64,000 nucleotides of DNA, from the NCBI GenBank assembly GCA_003971905.1, contig RSEE01000086.1, positions 186,001-250,000 on the forward strand. The letters are read 5' to 3'. Below, one piece after another: positions 60,720 through 64,000 of this stretch. Origin of the DNA: Moniliella sp. 'wahieum'. Taxonomy: Eukaryota. Within the stretch, counting starts at the first letter, position 1; every line of letters starts with the position of its first letter. The notes beneath the pieces were generated by a model, which did not search any database, was not told where the DNA came from, and saw only the letters and a list, made by a program, of their open reading frames with translations. The position numbers and the translations under genes were made by a program.

Positions 60720-61690
60720 ACGTACGTCGTAACGTCGTAACGTCGTAACGTCGTAACGTCGTAACGCGTATGCGTGTGATGCAACACGGCTTAATGACAC
60801 CCACTATGTAGGCCCAGCCGCGACACTGGTCCAGCACGGGTAAGATCTAAGATCTAAGACCGCTCCTATTCTTATTCCTTTGGGCCGTGTCTGGCTCCGT
60901 GCTAGTGAGCTAGTGAGCTAGTCAGCGCTCAGCGCCCGACCGCCCATCGATCGTCCTCTCTCGATCATCCACCTCACCACGCAGTATCCGTTTCGGCACA
61001 AAACCTCAACCTCAAGCTACTCTGCCTTGAAGCTAGCTAGCTTGAAGCTTGAAGCTTGAACGTCCTTCTACTTGAAACCCCCTTTTCGTTCCGCCGTAAT
61101 TCCATCCATTGCAAAAGCGTAAAGCTTAACGCCCCACCGCAGCCAATTCACGGCTAACGCATCTCCCTTCTTAGATCGTATCCTCCCCAACGCGCCAACG
61201 CCAGCGTTCAACGTTCAACTGTTCATACATCCAACGTTCATCGCTCAACCAACACTCGCTATATCGGACAGGTCGTGTTCCTCTCGCTCCCTCTCTCGTT
61301 ATCATCGTTGTCATTGAATATTGAGCACTGAGCATGCTGGTATGTGCTTCATCGTACCCAGTGGAGCGTGTAGCAATGCACGCGGAATATAGCACCGATT
61401 CAGTGAGATTCGTATCCTGTACCACATCGTACTGGTACCCCAGCAGATGCCGTCCTCGGTGACATGTTGAGTAGGCCACGTCAACGCGTCAACGTTGAAG
61501 TTCAACGTTCAACGGTCTGCGTCATTGGACCATTGCACCACATCAACCCCACATCGTGTGCCATACGCGGTACGCCCGGCCATGCATCGGTACTACTCAG
61601 TACTCAGTACTCAGTTGAGTACTCTCAGTCTCTGTGGTCAGTACTCAGTACTCTCAGTGGCCAGTCAGTACATCACATGTCACAGCTTCT
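60720..61690. repeat. Cluster of short palindrome-based tandem repeats (CGTAACGT, TAAGATC, GCTAGTGA, GAAGCTT, AACGTTC, AGTACTC)
   Basis: Read directly at about 60728-60766, 60841-60859, 60901-60922, 61040-61060, 61205-61219 and 61595-61655. Confidence 0.9.
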
Positions 61691-63696
61691 GGCACTTCCC
61701 AAAATGTCTAACCTAGCTAGGAACTGGTAACGTTGATTCGTATTGTAGCGCCCCGTCAGTGCATGTGAGTGGCTGAGCTCACATGCCATAGCCACATGTG
61801 GTATAGTGGTCCAGTCAATTCGCAATCCAAATGTATCCATCCACCTTATCAACGGTCCAAGTTGAACGTCAAGCTCGAGAGAGATCTCAGACAGTTCTCT
61901 CAACAACCCTCAACGCGTCAATACCTTTTCGCAACCTCCTCTCCTCCGGGGCGCAGGTCAACGTTAACGTGGCCAACTCGTATACCGTTAGTATAGTACT
62001 AGTGCCCAGCTAATAGTACTGGATGTTGTACTATAGGACCTAAGTTCGTATGTCCCTTTCCCCTTCTCTCGATTCTTTGTCCTTTCTTTTCTTTCTTCTC
62101 TGACACACGCTTTTGCCAATTCACTCTTCAACGCCAACAACCGGCCAATAACTGCGAGCCGTCCCCCCCTACATACCGTACCCCACGGTCATACGGTCTC
62201 ACGGGCGCACGGTCGCACACGGTCTCGCACACGGTCTCGCACACGGACGTACACGTTAGACCTTCGTACCCCTTTACTATACACCACGCCGTGGCTCTCA
62301 CGTCCTACGACGAGCAAAACCGGCTAACGGACCAACCGACCTTCTCCTTTCGTGCTGCTGGAGACCACAGCCCGTATGATGCTTGGGCCCCGCCGCCATC
62401 AGTCATATGCACCGTTATTGCATCGTATGACCCATGGACTGTTGAGTACGTTTGTGAGTACTCAGACTGAGTCTCAGTACTCACTGAGAGCTGACACCCA
62501 CTAGAGTTAGCGATACGGTTGTGTGTTCTAGGCCAAGAGCGACCCATGGCCAATAGATGTTCTGCGTTCGGCGTTGCGCGCTGTTATATCATCAAGTTTT
62601 GTCGGGGTTCCTTTCGTGGCTTAGTTGTTACAAGTCGCGGGGATATAGTCTGAGTACTCAACACCCAGCACTGTTGTCTTATTAGTCTGACTCGAATCCC
62701 ACTGCCGACCGCATTGTCTTCACCTTGATGATTTGTCTCGGGCGATGTGCGACTAAGCACGGACCACGGACCCAAAGCTGCATCCAGTGCGCGTGTGGCG
62801 CACGCCCTAGAATCCAAAAGTGACCCCAAATATTATACTTTTCCTTTTCTCTAAGACCTTTCTCTTATTTGCGTATGACCATGCAGCGCAGTTGGCTGGG
62901 GCGCCTTGCTGCGCAGCCACGTAACCCATGGTTCGTGCTCGGAAAACGTGGGAGTCTGTCGAGGACGAGAAGACGAGAGGCTGCACAGTGGACAACGAAA
63001 AAGGGTGCAACTATTAAAGGAACCCGCCGATTATAGCAAAACGCCTGTTGTGATGCGGCCTGTTGTGATGCGGCTCGCGCCCCTTGAGAGCCAGTCCTTC
63101 CTTTCGCCTCTCTCTCAGTAATGGTCCTGGTTACCTACTGCAACGTCCCGAAGTGCAGTGATGCAATGGTAGAGAGAAGACAGGAGCTGGATTGAATATT
63201 GAACCCAGACAGTGAGGATGAGAAGAGGGAGAAGAAGAAGGAATTGCACAAGGCCAGAGATAGAGGATAGGGATACCAGTGGCGTAGTGTCCGCGGGGAT
63301 GTGTAAGAGGGTCAGGGTGACCTCGGATTTGGCAGGTCCTTAGACCCTGGGCCAACATTCCGTCTTACCCACTGCCTCTCTCCCTTCTTTTCTGCCAATA
63401 CCAAGCCCTACTAGTAGTTGTTAGTATCTCCCACCCGGCGGGCCGCGATCTCCATCTCCTCACCTCGCAACTCAACTGTTGCAGGCTATAGCATTTTCCC
63501 ACCTTTAGTATTAGCAGGCCAACGAAGGTCATCATATGGTAGTCAAGTAGGGCGGAAGAGAGGCACAAGGAAACGTGCCAATGCAACCGCACAACGAGGC
63601 ACGAGAGAGGCCGGGGGGGCGGGGACACAAAGCAACCCAATAAACCAACCACTCAACCAAGCCAAAGAAAAACATGGAACAAAACACACGCGACGA

Positions 63697-64000
63697 TTAC
63701 TTGGTAAAGATGGACACGTCCAGCTGCTTGCCCACTGCCGTCGGGGCCAAGGTGATGGAAATGAGTTTGGCGTCCTTGTCGACCGAAAACGCGGCGCCTT
63801 CGGCACCGGGACCAGCCAACGTCACGCTCGGATCGGGGAACTGACGAACCGGGTCAAACGCAATCCCAATCGTCTTGGCTTCTTGAATAGATGGACGAGG
63901 ACCACTGGCGTGGACTCTTGGTAAACTCCAATGACTCGACCGTCGCTTGCGACAAGCGCCTCGGCGCGCCGGCTTCGTGCACAAAAATGGTACCGTACCC
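63697..64000 (-). CDS. 3' end of a gene extending beyond the window; beta-rich C-terminus, product unassigned
   Basis: ...TIGIAFDPVRQFPDPSVTLAGPGAEGAAFSVDKDAKLISITLAPTAVGKQLDVSIFTK*, followed by lower-GC UTR-like sequence. Confidence 0.55.
   Translation of the reverse strand, partial: GTVPFLCTKPARRGACRKRRSSHWSLPRVHASGPRPSIQEAKTIGIAFDPVRQFPDPSVTLAGPGAEGAAFSVDKDAKLISITLAPTAVGKQLDVSIFTK

Noticed and set aside
59600..63690. Transposon or LTR in the lower-GC gene-free region
   Set aside because: No transposase, RT or integrase motifs, terminal repeats or target-site duplications were found by eye.

Overview
GC-rich, intron-poor eukaryotic nuclear DNA. Gene content and intron signals (GTACGT/GTGCGT/GTATGT donors, CTRAC branch points, short introns) indicate a basidiomycete fungus, probably Ustilaginomycotina (inference). 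About 18 protein genes can be reconstructed: a kelch-like type I membrane protein, D-amino acid oxidase, an uncharacterised helical protein, synaptobrevin SNC1, a C2H2 zinc-finger factor, cohesin RAD21, an alpha/beta-hydrolase lacking its nucleophile Ser, two Stealth/XPT1-like phosphotransferases, RCF1, TAF9, DNAJC7, a SUR7/PalI protein, a divergent mitochondrial-carrier-like protein, lipin PAH1, VPS11 and large low-complexity hypothetical genes. Nearly every gene is broken by single-base losses in homopolymers, most likely long-read assembly error, so CDS boundaries are approximate. The most unusual signal is non-coding: intergenic and promoter DNA is repeatedly built from 7-bp-period arrays of different A....T hexamer palindromes plus one spacer base (ACTAGT-C, AAGCTT-G, AGTACT-C, ACATGT-C, AACGTT-C, ATCGAT-C, ACCGGT-T, AGATCT-A, AGCGCT-C). 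No tRNA, rRNA, CRISPR array or transposon could be supported.
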